Of a stretch of 64,000 nt of DNA, positions 1 to 14,904 are shown in pieces. The notes beneath the pieces were generated by a model. That model had not been told where the DNA came from, did no database searches, and was given only the letters and a program-made list of their open reading frames with translations. The translations under genes and the position numbers were made by a program. Position 1 is the stretch's first letter. Every line of letters begins with the position of its first letter. This stretch comes from Eledone cirrhosa. Taxonomy: Eukaryota. The stretch is taken from contig OZ024761.1 of assembly GCA_964016885.1 (NCBI GenBank), forward strand, positions 27,342,001 to 27,406,000. Direction: 5' to 3'.

Positions 1-84
1 TTTTGGACAGAGTAGTCGTAGAGGACCAAATCAATAAAGCCAGCTTGATAAAAATCAACGGACATGTTTTATAACAACAGTATT

Positions 85-164
<80 letters not shown>

Positions 165-202
165 TCAGATATATACATATATATATATATTTATATACAT
201 AC

Positions 203-237
<35 letters not shown>

Positions 238-334
238 CATACATATATATATTTATATACAAACATACATATATATATATTTATACACACACACACACAC
301 ACAGACATATATATACAGTATATACACTATATAT

Positions 335-397
<63 letters not shown>

Positions 398-476
398 CAT
401 ATACATATATATCAAGCGCCTGTTACAAATAATAAACAGATTGCGGCATCCATCGTTTACGAACAGAACAGATACA

Positions 477-556
<80 letters not shown>

Positions 557-956
557 GAGACTGTGTGACATCAAGTTCAAGTTAAAATTAATATCGAATC
601 TATAACACCACACTTCTTTTGAAAATAGCGCTGAGACATTTTATAACATTCAGCACCTACTACATATCACCGGCCGATTATAACAGCCGGACAGCCATAT
701 TGGATTAAAGATAAGAAGGTGAGTATTTGAAATATCCAGCTCATGTTGAAGATAACATAAAATATATTCATAACATCATCATCATCATCATCATCACCAC
801 AACTAGTTCTTGTTAATAATAACATGGAGATTACTCATAACACCAAACTCTCGTTATCAATGACATCATAGCTACTATATTTCTAAATGCCAATGCTGTG
901 GTATTACAGTAATAGCTTCGGCTGTAATGTGTGTGTGTGTGTGTGAGAGGGAGAGG

Positions 957-990
<34 letters not shown>

Positions 991-1156
991 GGGAGAGAGA
1001 AAGAGGGAGAGGGAGAGAGAGGGAGGGAGGGAGGGAGGATCATCGTCGTCATCGTTATCATCATCATCACTGTATGATTGGTGGTGGGTTGGCCGTGAGA
1101 GAGGGAGAGAGAGAGATCATCGCCGTCGTCATCATCATCATCATCACTGTATTGGT

Positions 1157-1355
1157 GGTGGGTTGGCAGTCTCGGTAGAACGTCGGACAACATGTTTCGC
1201 GGCATAGAGTTACGTCCGTTTACGTTCTGAGTTCAAATCCTGCCGAGGTTAGCATTCATTGACTTTCATCCTTACAGGGTCGATAAAACAAAGTACCAGT
1301 AATGCACTGGGTTAATTAATTGCTGGTTTTGTGTATCAAAAAGTAGACACATTTA
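1157..1355 (+). mobile_element. tRNA-derived SINE (main family in this window)
   Basis: A-box-like TTGGCAGTCTCGGT and B-box GAGTTCAAATCC. Central domain CTTTCATCCTTACAGGGTCGATAAAACAAAGTACCAG resembles the Meta/MESC SINE core. More than 15 homologous copies in the window. Confidence 0.85.
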
Positions 1356-1577
1356 TATTGTAAGCGTTTGGATATGCCACAGACACGTGTAACCTTTAAT
1401 ATAGTTCCCAGTGTGGGATGTTATTTCATGTGGACATATCACATGTGGTGATGTGTCCACATGTGGACATCCTGTGACACGCACTGAGGTTATATAACAT
1501 ATAGCGATGTTATTTCATGTAGTTATGTAATCGTATGTAGTGAGGTTATAACATGTGGCGATGGTAAAGCATGTAGT

Positions 1578-1682
1578 GATAAAATAAAGTACCAGTAATG
1601 CACTGGAGTCAATTTAATTTACTTTGCTCTCCCCCAGAATTGTTGGCATTGTGCCTAAATCAGAAACCATTATTATTATTAT
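1578..1682 (+). mobile_element. SINE 3' half
   Basis: GATAAAATAAAGTACCAGTAATGCACTGG...TTGTGCCTAAATCAGAAACC followed by an (ATT)n tail. Confidence 0.75.
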
Positions 1683-2486
1683 TGTTGTTGTGGTTATTGA
1701 ATCAGGCGAGTGTCAGACAGAATTTTGTGCAGCATCTAGATACGACTCTACGTTCTGAGTTCGATACTCGCCGTGCTTAAGCTTGCGTTTCATCTTTGAT
1801 CATTCTCCCCCACTCATCATTCTCGGCATGACATAGCGTCATAACTAGTATTGCAAAAAAAAAATTGTCCTCTCCCTCACCTAATGGAGAACATTTCTGG
1901 GACCACCATAAATTCTTCAGCAAAGGGACATAATTCACAGAAGCCCATGGCATGAATTAAGATAAACTATGTAAGTGTCAACGTACTGAATGGCGTAAAC
2001 AAAATATTCTTAACGAATACGTTGGAGATAGTAAACAACAGTCTAGCGCCAATCGTTAGGGACTCACAAAGTAAATGTATTCTTGATTTCTTGGAATTAT
2101 CTCCCTTTTTCTTAGTGAGTCGTTAGCGATCGCCGCCAGGTTTTTAAGAAGTATTTTCTTTCCTCGTACAATAAGGAAATTTCAATTCATTAAGTAATTT
2201 TTACGTTTATTATTCAATGCATCTTCACATACTTGATTTAGTTTATTTCTAATGCTGTTGGCAGATTTGAGGTTATTGCCCATTGCTTGGTTTATTTAAT
2301 TGATATCAAGAGACAAGAAAACATAGATAAGGCGGAAAACATAACTGTCCATCGATCCATCTATACATCATCCCATCATCAATGCTTTTGTAAGTATATA
2401 TATATATATTTATATATATATATATACACACATAGATACTTGCACATTTTTACACATGCATAAATACATACTTGCATATATAAGCA

Positions 2487-3066
2487 CATCGGTGTTGTAA
2501 TGCTTGAATCCTATTGGTGAAGAAACTTTCATCGTATTGATAAACAAAGACATCAACAGCAGATATGACGTCATCGTCACTGAGGTAGTGGTTCATGGCC
2601 AAGTGTGTTTTCATGATGGGGAACAGATGGGGCCAAATTAGGAGAATAGGAAGGGTGCTCAACCAGTTCGAAGCCACAATCACGCACAGCAGCCATTGAA
2701 ACCAACGACTTGTGTGCTGGAGCATTGTCCTTATGAAAGAAGACCCCTTTCGTCAATCATCCTGGGCGTTTGGTCTTCATGACCTTTAGTAACTGCCTCG
2801 GCAAATTGGCATAGTACTCTCTATTGATGGTGTGGCCATTTTGAATATAGTCAATAAACATAACTGAGCTCACCACCTTCTTTGCAGATGAAACGACCTT
2901 AGCCTTCTTTGGGACAGGTTAGGAGGGGTGTTCTCACTGTATGGATTGTCTCTTTGTCTCTGGCCCACAGTGCTGAACCCAGCACTCACCCTGGCTGAGG
3001 AAACGTTCAAGAAAACCAGCTGGATTTGTCTCAAACAATATCATAACAGAAACCTTCGTCATGCCT
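2487..3066 (-). pseudogene. Mariner (Tc1/mariner) transposase relic
   Basis: Minus-strand translation across stops and frameshifts gives FLERFLSQGECWVQH..PETKRQSIQ, PKKAKVVSSA, IDYIQNGHTINREYYANL, FFHKDNAPAHKS, HPSYSPN and HLFPIMKTHL...SDDDVISAV, the mariner catalytic-domain motifs. Confidence 0.9.
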
Positions 3067-3145
3067 AGTTGTGAGAAATTTCGAAAAATTAAACCATAAG
3101 AATATCCACCCAGCCACCCATGCATCCATACTTACATCCACCCAT

Positions 3146-3336
3146 TCATACATACATACATACATACATACATACATACATACATACATACATACATGCA
3201 TACATATATCCATACATACATACATACATATATCCATACATACATACATACATACATACATACATACATACATACATACATACATACATACATACATACA
3301 TACATACATACATACATACATAGATCCATACATACA
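3146..3336. repeat. (CATA)n microsatellite
   Basis: Direct reading. A second (CATA)n array at 3944-4075 flanks the other side of the element at 3337-3943. Confidence 0.95.
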
Positions 3337-3943
3337 TGGTGGCTGCCAACTCGTTTTCGAGTACGGCCACTACTTTATATCCATGTAGGAGAACCCCTAC
3401 CGATGCGCTGAACGAGTGTGACTTTTTAGTCCAGCCAGCGACATGAAAACTCTGGTACAAACACTACACTTGTGACAATTATTGACACATAGTGCTTTGC
3501 CTTTGGTAGCATGTGACGACAAGTGCAGAGAGATCTCCAGATATAAAGCAATGCCTGTGCCGTGAAGCTTTTATAGTGAGCAAAGGCACTGCACAAAGCC
3601 AGTCCCACTCTCTTAACCAAGATGATATTTACCAAAAAGAAGAACAAGTCAACATCATTGGATACCATCAGGGTTGCAGGTGTTATATCAGAGTTTTCCT
3701 TCTCCTAGAATTCTGCCTTGACAAAGGCTAAGGGGTCATCTCTCCCAGTGATTTTGGATGGCCATTGACTCTTAAGAGCTCCTTTGCCCTTTGACAGGTT
3801 TTGTTTTTAGTCCTGCAGGATGTCCAAAGTCACCCTCCTCACCAAGAAACCTTGGTGGGGTTGCCAGTTTAGTCGCCAACGACCCGACCATGAGACAGGT
3901 TGTACTGGGATACATGTTACCAGTAGCACCAAGTGGTGACCTG
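3337..3943 (-). mobile_element. ~600 bp non-autonomous RTE-derived retroelement, copy 1
   Basis: Near-identical inverted copy at 55202-55786. Carries an RTE-type 5' motif (CTAGGAGAAGGAAAACTCTGA), a terminal C2H2 finger remnant and the 3' end TGGCCGTACTCGAAAACGAGTTGGCAGCCACCA, which matches the RTE 3' end at 40829-40872. Confidence 0.7.
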
Positions 3944-4046
3944 ACATACATACATACATACATACATACATACATACATACATACATACATACATACATA
4001 CATACATACATACATACATACATACATACATCCATACATACATACA

Positions 4047-4153
<107 letters not shown>

Positions 4154-4161
4154 TAAAATAA

Positions 4162-4235
4162 CAGATTAAAGTTTAAGCAAAGAATCGCTGCTTTCACCCT
4201 TAACGGGATCTTCTGAAACTAACAAAGTCAATCTG
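4162..4235 (-). ncRNA. Hammerhead-like motif, family A (CAGAAGA core)
   Basis: Minus strand: CAGATTGA-ctttgtt-AGTTT CAGAAGA tCCCgttaaGGGt GAAA GCA-gcgattctt-TGC TT AAACT-TTAATCTG. All three stems pair, but core position 4 is A rather than U. Confidence 0.6.
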
Positions 4236-4810
4236 TAAACGCAGAACGTTGAATAAAGAAGTACAGCTGTACCAAGAAGACACAAAATAGTCATGGCGGC
4301 ATACACAAAAGCAGGCTGAAACTTTTGAATTATCTCCCTTGTTCTTTGTGACTCAACAACAAATGCTATTAGATTCTTTTTTTGTTTTCTTTCTCCAACT
4401 AAGAGGAACATTGCTATTCAGCAAGAAACTTTAGCGCCGCATGCTACCCATTTCATTCATTAATACTTTTATGTTTGATAGAATCAATGATGAATAAATA
4501 GAATTGAAACTACACAAAGTGGACAATCTCCCACCAAACCTTCCTCTCACCAACGCCAACACCGACACCGACGGTGCCATTGTCGCCGCTATCACTACTA
4601 CAAACGCCACTACCATCATCATCATCACCAATAACAACAATCACAGCCAAATAAGTAATAACGTCGGTGGTGCCAATTTTTGGTCAATACTCAATCACAC
4701 GGTTACAATGGAACAGATACCAACGTTATATGTATATATATATATGTGTATATATATGTGTATATACATACATATATGCATACATACATACATACATAAA
4801 ATACATACAT

Positions 4811-4863
<53 letters not shown>

Positions 4864-4890
4864 CATACATGTTATATATATATATATTTA

Positions 4891-4932
<42 letters not shown>

Positions 4933-4934
4933 TA

Positions 4935-5002
<68 letters not shown>

Positions 5003-5060
5003 TATATATGTATATATATATATATATTTATATATGTATATATATATATATATATATTTA

Positions 5061-5163
<103 letters not shown>

Positions 5164-5218
5164 GTATATAGATATATATATATATTTATATATGTATATA
5201 TATATATATATATATTTA

Positions 5219-5321
<103 letters not shown>

Positions 5322-5410
5322 TCTCGAAAAATAACATCCTGTCTTCATAATCATTCACACACGCATGTATCCATGTATATATGTATGTATGTATACATAC
5401 ACTCACACAA

Positions 5411-5449
<39 letters not shown>

Positions 5450-5518
5450 TATACACGTAGACACATATATGCATATACATATGCATATACACATAGACAC
5501 ACACATATATACATACAT

Positions 5519-5617
<99 letters not shown>

Positions 5618-6232
5618 CGTAAAATCAGAACCGCTGACCGACTGACACGACGAATTACCGAATGAGAGAATGAATAATGAATAAATGAATGAAAGATTAA
5701 TAGAATACAATAAAAACCACAAAACAAAACAGGAATTAGTTAATGTTATGTAAATAAGTTCTACGCCATTAAACTTATTCCATTGACTTCTCTAGTTTAT
5801 TTTAGTTTAGTTTATTTTATTTTATTATATTTTCTTCTTATCGTCTGCTTTACACATATCTTTACTTTCTTCTCTATTTTCGACTCCATTTTTATAAAGA
5901 CTTCTCCCTTTATTTGCTTATTGTCTGTTGTGTTATTTCTTGGAATTTCTTCTCGTCCCTGATAATTATTTTGCTTCATGGTATATACACCCCCCGACTC
6001 CCCTCCCCCTCCTGACCTATCCATTCTTCTTCTTCTGCTTCTTCTTCTTCTTCTTCTTCTTCTTCTTCTTCTTCTTCTTCTTCTTCTTCTTCTTCTTCTT
6101 CTCATTATTGTTTCGTGTATATATATATATATACATATACACACACATATATATATATATCAGAATTCAATAAGCTGAAGGATTATTATCATTATTATTA
6201 TTTATATATTTATATATCTGCGGTCATTTCAA

Positions 6233-6370
<138 letters not shown>

Positions 6371-6404
6371 TATATATATATATATGCATATATATATATA
6401 TATA

Positions 6405-6506
<102 letters not shown>

Positions 6507-6546
6507 TATATATATATGCATATATATATATATGCATATATATATA

Positions 6547-6620
<74 letters not shown>

Positions 6621-6664
6621 TATATATATATATGCATATATATATATATGCATATATATATATA

Positions 6665-8023
<1,359 letters not shown>

Positions 8024-8235
8024 AGGCACGTGGCTGAGTAGTTAGAGAATTGGTTTCGCAATCGTGAGGTTGTCAGTTCAATTCCTGGACCGGGCAATGT
8101 GTTATGTCCTTGAGCAAGACACTTTATTTCACGTTGCTCCTTCTACCTGGAGTTGCGACCGATAGAAAGTATTAGCAACTGGAAAGACCAATGGAAACAT
8201 TGTTTCCTCGGTCCGATTTGACAAAAGTCGATTGA
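8024..8235 (+). mobile_element. tRNA-derived SINE, second family (CORE-like central domain)
   Basis: GGCACGTGGCTGAGTAGTTAG (A box) ... AGTTCAATTCC (B box) ... TGTCCTTGAGCAAGACACTTTATTTCACGTTGCTCC. Confidence 0.75.
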
Positions 8236-8255
8236 CTATATATATATATATATAT

Positions 8256-8289
<34 letters not shown>

Positions 8290-8348
8290 ACATACAAATA
8301 TACACATATTTATATACATATACATACATACATGTATATATATATATC

Positions 8349-8389
<41 letters not shown>

Positions 8390-8454
8390 ATTTATACATA
8401 GTGTTTATATATGTGTCTATATATGTATGTGTATGTAGTGTCTATGCACCGTAT

Positions 8455-8535
8455 TGGGAGTTGCCGGTTCATTCGTCGACTACCCGACCATGAAATAAGG
8501 TGTACTGGCTTACATGTTGCCGTTAAGGCTCAGCT
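8455..8535 (-). mobile_element. RTE-type 5' end fragment
   Basis: GTTGCCGGTTCATTCGTCGACTACCCGACCATGAAATAAGGTGTACTGGCTTACATGTTGCC aligns with 3860-3921. Confidence 0.55.
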
Positions 8536-9131
8536 CCATCTTTTTTCTTTCATTCTTCAGTTACCTATGTTTGCTTCTATCTTATCTTTCTTTGTCTCTA
8601 TCTCTCTCTCCCTGAGTCTTTCTTTCTCTCTTTCTATCCCCCCCCCCACACACTCTATCTCTCGCTTTGCTTTGTTGTCTCTTTGTCTGTTTGTTATTTT
8701 CATTTTCTTCCTTTCGTTCCTTCTTTCACTTCTATCTACACTGTCTTTCAATCGTTTTTCCATTCAATCTCTATTTTTCTGTACTGTATTCCTTCATTCT
8801 CCTATTCTCTCATTCAACCATTTCCTCGTTCCAACCATTCCTATCGCAATACAGACGAGTCTTTACAGAGGAATATTCATGACAGCATTAAAAAGGCGCC
8901 AAAAAAAAAACGAAACTCTTTTGTTACTTTGCGCATCGTTGAGCAATTCTGACACGGAAGTTGGTATTCGGTGCCAAACGGAAGTGCACAAGATTTTTTT
9001 ATATATATGTATATATATATATATATTTTTTTCATTTCTTTTTTTACTTCCTAAAGACTAAACCCTACCAGTGCCACCATAACTTCATTGCAACATTGCA
9101 GCACCTTATATTTGTTAAAACCAAACACACT

Positions 9132-9173
<42 letters not shown>

Positions 9174-9273
9174 TGTGTGTGTCTGAATGTGTGCTCATGA
9201 ATATATTTTGTAAGTATTATGTATAAGTATGTAGATATAGATTTATATATATACACACACACACATACACACA

Positions 9274-9358
<85 letters not shown>

Positions 9359-9766
9359 ACATATATATATATATACATATATGTATACATATATATATAT
9401 CTCTATATATATATATTCTCAATGCTTGTGTGTGTATCTATGTACTGAGCTATGCATTTCATTATATTTTTGCGAATGATGTAACTTGTTTATAGAACTG
9501 TGGAACTGTGGATCATATGTATTATGCTCTCTCTCTCTCCATCTGTCTATCACTCTCTATCCCCCTCTCCTTCTATCACTATCTCTCTCAATCCCTCCCT
9601 CTCTATCTCTATCCACAGACATTACAAAATATTCTAATATTTTATGTCTTTCCAGTTCATCGTTTCATTATATTTAGACAGTTTTTTTAAAGAAAATCTG
9701 GATTTTCTGGTCACTCTTCTTTCTACTACTACCACCGCATTACCATCACCACCACAACCATCAGCC

Positions 9767-9826
<60 letters not shown>

Positions 9827-9858
9827 TCGAGTTTTTTTTCGAAACTGCTTGTGTGTAA

Positions 9859-9888
<30 letters not shown>

Positions 9889-9894
<6 letters not shown>

Positions 9895-10408
9895 CAGGAA
9901 AGAAGAGTGACACGGTTTGCTATACAAAAAAGGATTTTAATCTCATTGCTGACAATTGTTTCTCTGAACTGGTAGGTCTAGAGATCGCTACCCGCTTATT
10001 TTCACGTTACTCGATCACCAATACAAAGTTATAACCAGTGAATTAATCGAAGCTTGTGAGTTCAATTCATCACAAGCTCCGATGAATTGACTGGTTATAA
10101 CTTTGTATTGGTGATGGAGTAGCGTGAAAATAAGCGGGTAGCAATCTCTAGACCTACCAGTTCAGAGAAACAATTGTCAGCAATGAGATTAAAATCCTTT
10201 TTTGTATAGCAAACCGTGTCACTCTTCTTTCCTGATTTATTATTACTCCAAGTGTTTACAACATAGGAATTACAGCGTACTCGCAGCATCACTATGGAAA
10301 CGCCTTGTTGAGTCAAACTTAGCCCAGCGTTGATATCATCCACTACCCGGAGTACCATAACTGGACTACACCTAAGTGGACTACCTATAACAATAATTTG
10401 TTACCCCG
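9889..10408 (+). mobile_element. Non-coding PLE-like fold-back element, family B
   Basis: ~170 bp inverted arms at 9889-10059 and 10070-10240 with a 10 nt spacer, then a unique tail at 10241-10408. Flanked by (TA)n. Confidence 0.8.
10064..10190 (+). ncRNA. Hammerhead-like motif, CCGATGA core, 81 nt stem II
   Basis: GCT CCGATGA [atTGACTGGT...ACCAGTTCAga] GAAA CAATTG TC AGC. Palindromic stem III ACAATTGT is typical of PLE minimal HHRs. The mirror copy in the left arm has a more degenerate core. Confidence 0.6.
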
Positions 10409-10426
10409 TATATATATATATCGTAC

Positions 10427-11305
<879 letters not shown>

Positions 11306-11426
11306 GGAGGTGAGTTTTATTGTAGAACAATAAAACTATGCATATATCGGATAAGTAGCACTCAACAGTTTATTGAACTGGAGTATATATAAGAAGAAAT
11401 TAAAAGATGGTTAAAAAAGTTCCATA

Positions 11427-11497
11427 TATTTTATTATGCGCATTTCAAAAACAAATATCATCCTGGGACGATAGTTGCATACTCATCAGATAAAATA
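11427..11497 (-). ncRNA. Hammerhead ribozyme in the 3' pLTR of PLE 1
   Basis: Minus strand: TATTTTAT CTGATGA [g..gcaacTATCGTCccagGATGATAtttgt..t] GAAA TGCGCA TA ATAAAATA. Confidence 0.85.
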
Positions 11498-11889
11498 AGG
11501 TAACATGATATGATGCCTAAAAAAACACTTGTGAACAAGAAAGTGTCCAGTCAACATATGATAAAAAAATATAAAAGGAGAGAGAAGATTGGAAAAAAGA
11601 AGGAAGAGGGAAAAGGAAAAAGGAGAAGATAACGGAGGAAAAATTTAAGAAAGGAGGAGGAGAGAGATAGAGACTTTTAAACGGGAAACGCTGTCAAAAC
11701 TGAAAAACAGCTGTGAATAACGGCTGAAAAAATATATACGGCTACGAAATAAATAAATTAATACATTGATGAGGTTTATGATTGATGAGGTTTATGATTA
11801 CAGATATAGAAACTATGTATAATATTTATTTAGCGTTTATATACTAAACACAATTTATTTAGAGGTGTGAAAATGTATTATTAAAATAC

Positions 11890-12076
11890 GGTGGATTGGC
11901 AGTATCGGTAGAGAGTCGGACGCCATGCTTTCCAGCATAGTTAAGTCCCTTTACGGTCTGAGTTCAAATCCCGCCGAGGTTAACTTTGCCTTTCATCCTT
12001 ACGGGGTCGATAAAATAAAGTACCAGTAATGTACTGGATAATTACTGGCCTTGTGTCAAAAGTAGAAACAATTATT
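11890..12076 (+). mobile_element. tRNA-derived SINE inserted in the PLE 1 3' UTR
   Basis: Full-length copy, GGTGGATTGGCAG...AGTAGAAACAATTATT. Confidence 0.9.
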
Positions 12077-12794
12077 AAAATAAAATAAAATTAAATGATT
12101 TATAAGCGTAGAAGACAATATAATGTCATAGTTTGTTTAAATAGATGTAATTGAAAAATGTGAGAAAAATGTGTGAAGAGATATTAATGTGAAAAAAAAA
12201 GAAATATATATGTGTAGAAAAAAATAAATAAAAGTAGTCAAACCATGTCAAAAATTAAAAGTTTACTATTAAAAATTATAGATTATATATAAAAAAATAT
12301 AGATTATATATAAAAAAATTATATATGTGGGAAAACTATTTAAATATTCAAATATTAATTTAATCCACAAGTAAATAAAGGAAAATGTTATAATTATTTA
12401 AGCGTAGAAAAAAGCGTAGAAAAAGCGAAGAAAAAAAAAACGAAGAAGAAAACATATAATGTCATAATTTGTTTACAAAATCTACGAAGGTTTATACTGA
12501 AAAAATTTGATGTGATAAAGGAAGAAAAGTGAGCGACTTAAAAATAGTGAGAAAAAAGAATATAAAGAAACATTAAATATGAACTATTTAAATAATATTT
12601 TGTATCACCAAGTAGATAAATGAATTTGCTAGAGTGATTTAAAGCGTAGAAGACCATATAACGTCATAGTATGTTTAAAACTTTGTAGAATGTACTGCAA
12701 TATGCGAGAAAAAAAGCGTAAAAAGATATTTGTGTAAAAAAAATATATATGTGTAAAAAATGTTCACCTTATTCGTGGAATAAGATATAGGGTA

Positions 12795-14545
12795 TTAGCT
12801 GTATATTTTGTGAAATGGCCTAAGAGATTTATGGATGCAGAGAGCAAATAAATCGGTGCGTCTATTTATTATAGAGTTGAAATATAGAGTTGAAAGTCTA
12901 GCTAGACATAAATTACAAGCCCTAGATATGGAAGCATTAGAATATGGAGAAATTTTGTAATTAATGTTTTTGTCTTTTAAGGACCAGATGAGTTCTGAGA
13001 GTGCAGTGTTTGTTCTTTTAAGTGGATATTTAAATGAGGAAGAATGGTTATATAGTCTTGCCTTAAAAGAAGTAGAAGTAGAGCCAATGTAGGTATAAGA
13101 ATTGATACTAGTTAGCACCTTACTATACTAGATTTTTATCGAGACAGAAATTATTAAGAGGACATTTAGTTCTATTAGGCCAGTTGCATTTACGATTAAG
13201 ATTATTAACAGAGTTATTTGCAAGTGACCCAGGATTAATTATAACAGGAATTGTAGTGGTGGAATTAGCTAAAGGAGGTGCTAATGTTTCCTGATTTAGA
13301 TTACTATTTGAAGCATTCATCAAAGTTATGTTTGACGTCGTATTTATATTTAAGTTATCTTGTCTAGAGTTTACATTGACGTCGGGTCTTATAGTGTTAT
13401 TATTATGACGCTCAAGGTTGGATGGATATGAGTTATTATTTAATATTTTAGTATTAAGTTTTGAGATAATGTTAGAAATGTTAGAAGTGGTGGAATATGA
13501 GAATTTAATGGTATGCTTATTAAAAATCTTACTATAAATATGTGAAGGAGAGAAACAATTCTCTAACGCCCTAAAAAATAATTTAGGGATATTACTAATA
13601 AGTGAAAGAGAGAATGGAGCGTTGTACCAAATGATATTTTTATATCTAGGTCTCTTCTTTATATTATTGGTATGCTTATAACTAGCTATATTACTATAAG
13701 TTCTACCAAGATTGGTTTCCTTAGTGTATTTAATTTTGTCTGGATAACCCGCTTTGAATAGCGCATTATAGTAATAGTTGGCGTTGGCATCAAAGATAAG
13801 TTTATTAGAAGATAGATTAGAGATTCTTTTTTCAACATTTCTGACTATAGCAGTTTTAACACTAATAGGGTGGTTTGATTTAAAATTTACATAATTTAGG
13901 TTCTCATTATCCTTAAGGTATGGGTAATATAGGCGGGTATCTAGATTAAGGGATATATCTAGGAAGTTAGCTAATTTAACGTTGTTCTCAAATTCAATTT
14001 TTAGGTTAAGGTGCTTAAATAGTTCAAGTATATTATTCTTGATAATATTAAGGTTTACTATGTTACAGTTTAAGACAGTGAAAAGGGCATCGTCACGATA
14101 AATTCCACCGCGAAGTTGAGGAATTTTCCGATTTAAAGAGTTCAAGATGAAGATTCCAACCAAGTCTGTCAATTGCGCTGAATCCGACGAACCCATGGTG
14201 ATGTCAAAATTGTTGGAAGTATCAGCTCTTGTCCAATATTCATTGTTAAATTCCAGGATGGTTTTTCTTGCGGTAAGAAGGATGTTCAATTCATCTGTAG
14301 TGATGTCCGAGTATTTAAACGCATAAGAGAGAAACTTGTTGAGTGAAGGAGAAATAGAAGAATAGTAACTGGCAATGTCAAACTGAATAAATTTTAGTTT
14401 GTTTTTATTATTCAGGTCATTGAACCAGTCTATCACATCAGAAGTACCCAACCATAAATTTAATTGAGAATTAGAGCAGACCTGTGGGATAATTCTATCC
14501 AAGATGGATTTACTAACAACCCACAGATCAGGCAATTCAGTTCGC
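12795..14545 (-). pseudogene. PLE reverse transcriptase + GIY-YIG endonuclease (disrupted)
   Basis: Motifs [90 protein letters not shown] and CNLC. Frameshift at about 13120. Confidence 0.9.
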
Positions 14546-14643
14546 CCCCCCCCCCCCAAAAAAAATGTATGTATGTATATATATATATGTATATATATAT
14601 GTATATATATGTATATATATATATGTATATATATATATGTATA

Positions 14644-14741
<98 letters not shown>

Positions 14742-14904
14742 CAAAGAATGGTGTGCCCATGCGCGGATATACTATAAAATACCTTATAAAATAGGCTTAT
14801 TTCGTCAATTTTATGGACCCTCGGTATGTTTATATTTTTATTGACCATGTGTATATGTATATGTATATATATATATATATTATATATATATATATATATA
14901 TAAG

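Larger units (their letters stand above)
11308..14545 (-). mobile_element. Naiad-type Penelope-like retroelement 1 (5'-truncated)
   Basis: RT plus C-terminal GIY-YIG ORF, a long AT-rich 3' UTR with three degenerate internal repeats (about 12100, 12400 and 12640), a terminal HHR and a tail abutting (TA)n. Confidence 0.88.

Noticed and set aside
8024-8095. Functional tRNA genes at SINE heads
   Set aside because: The A/B boxes run into SINE bodies and the cloverleaf stems are not intact.
9849-10358. Two ORFs with identical peptide on opposite strands
   Set aside because: A by-product of the inverted repeat.
14546-14760. N-terminal extension of the 545 aa ORF
   Set aside because: Read-through across microsatellite and poly-C. 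PLE homology starts at about 14545.
14743-14850. Hammerhead at TTGACGA (minus strand)
   Set aside because: No GAAA or cleavage triplet at a compatible position.
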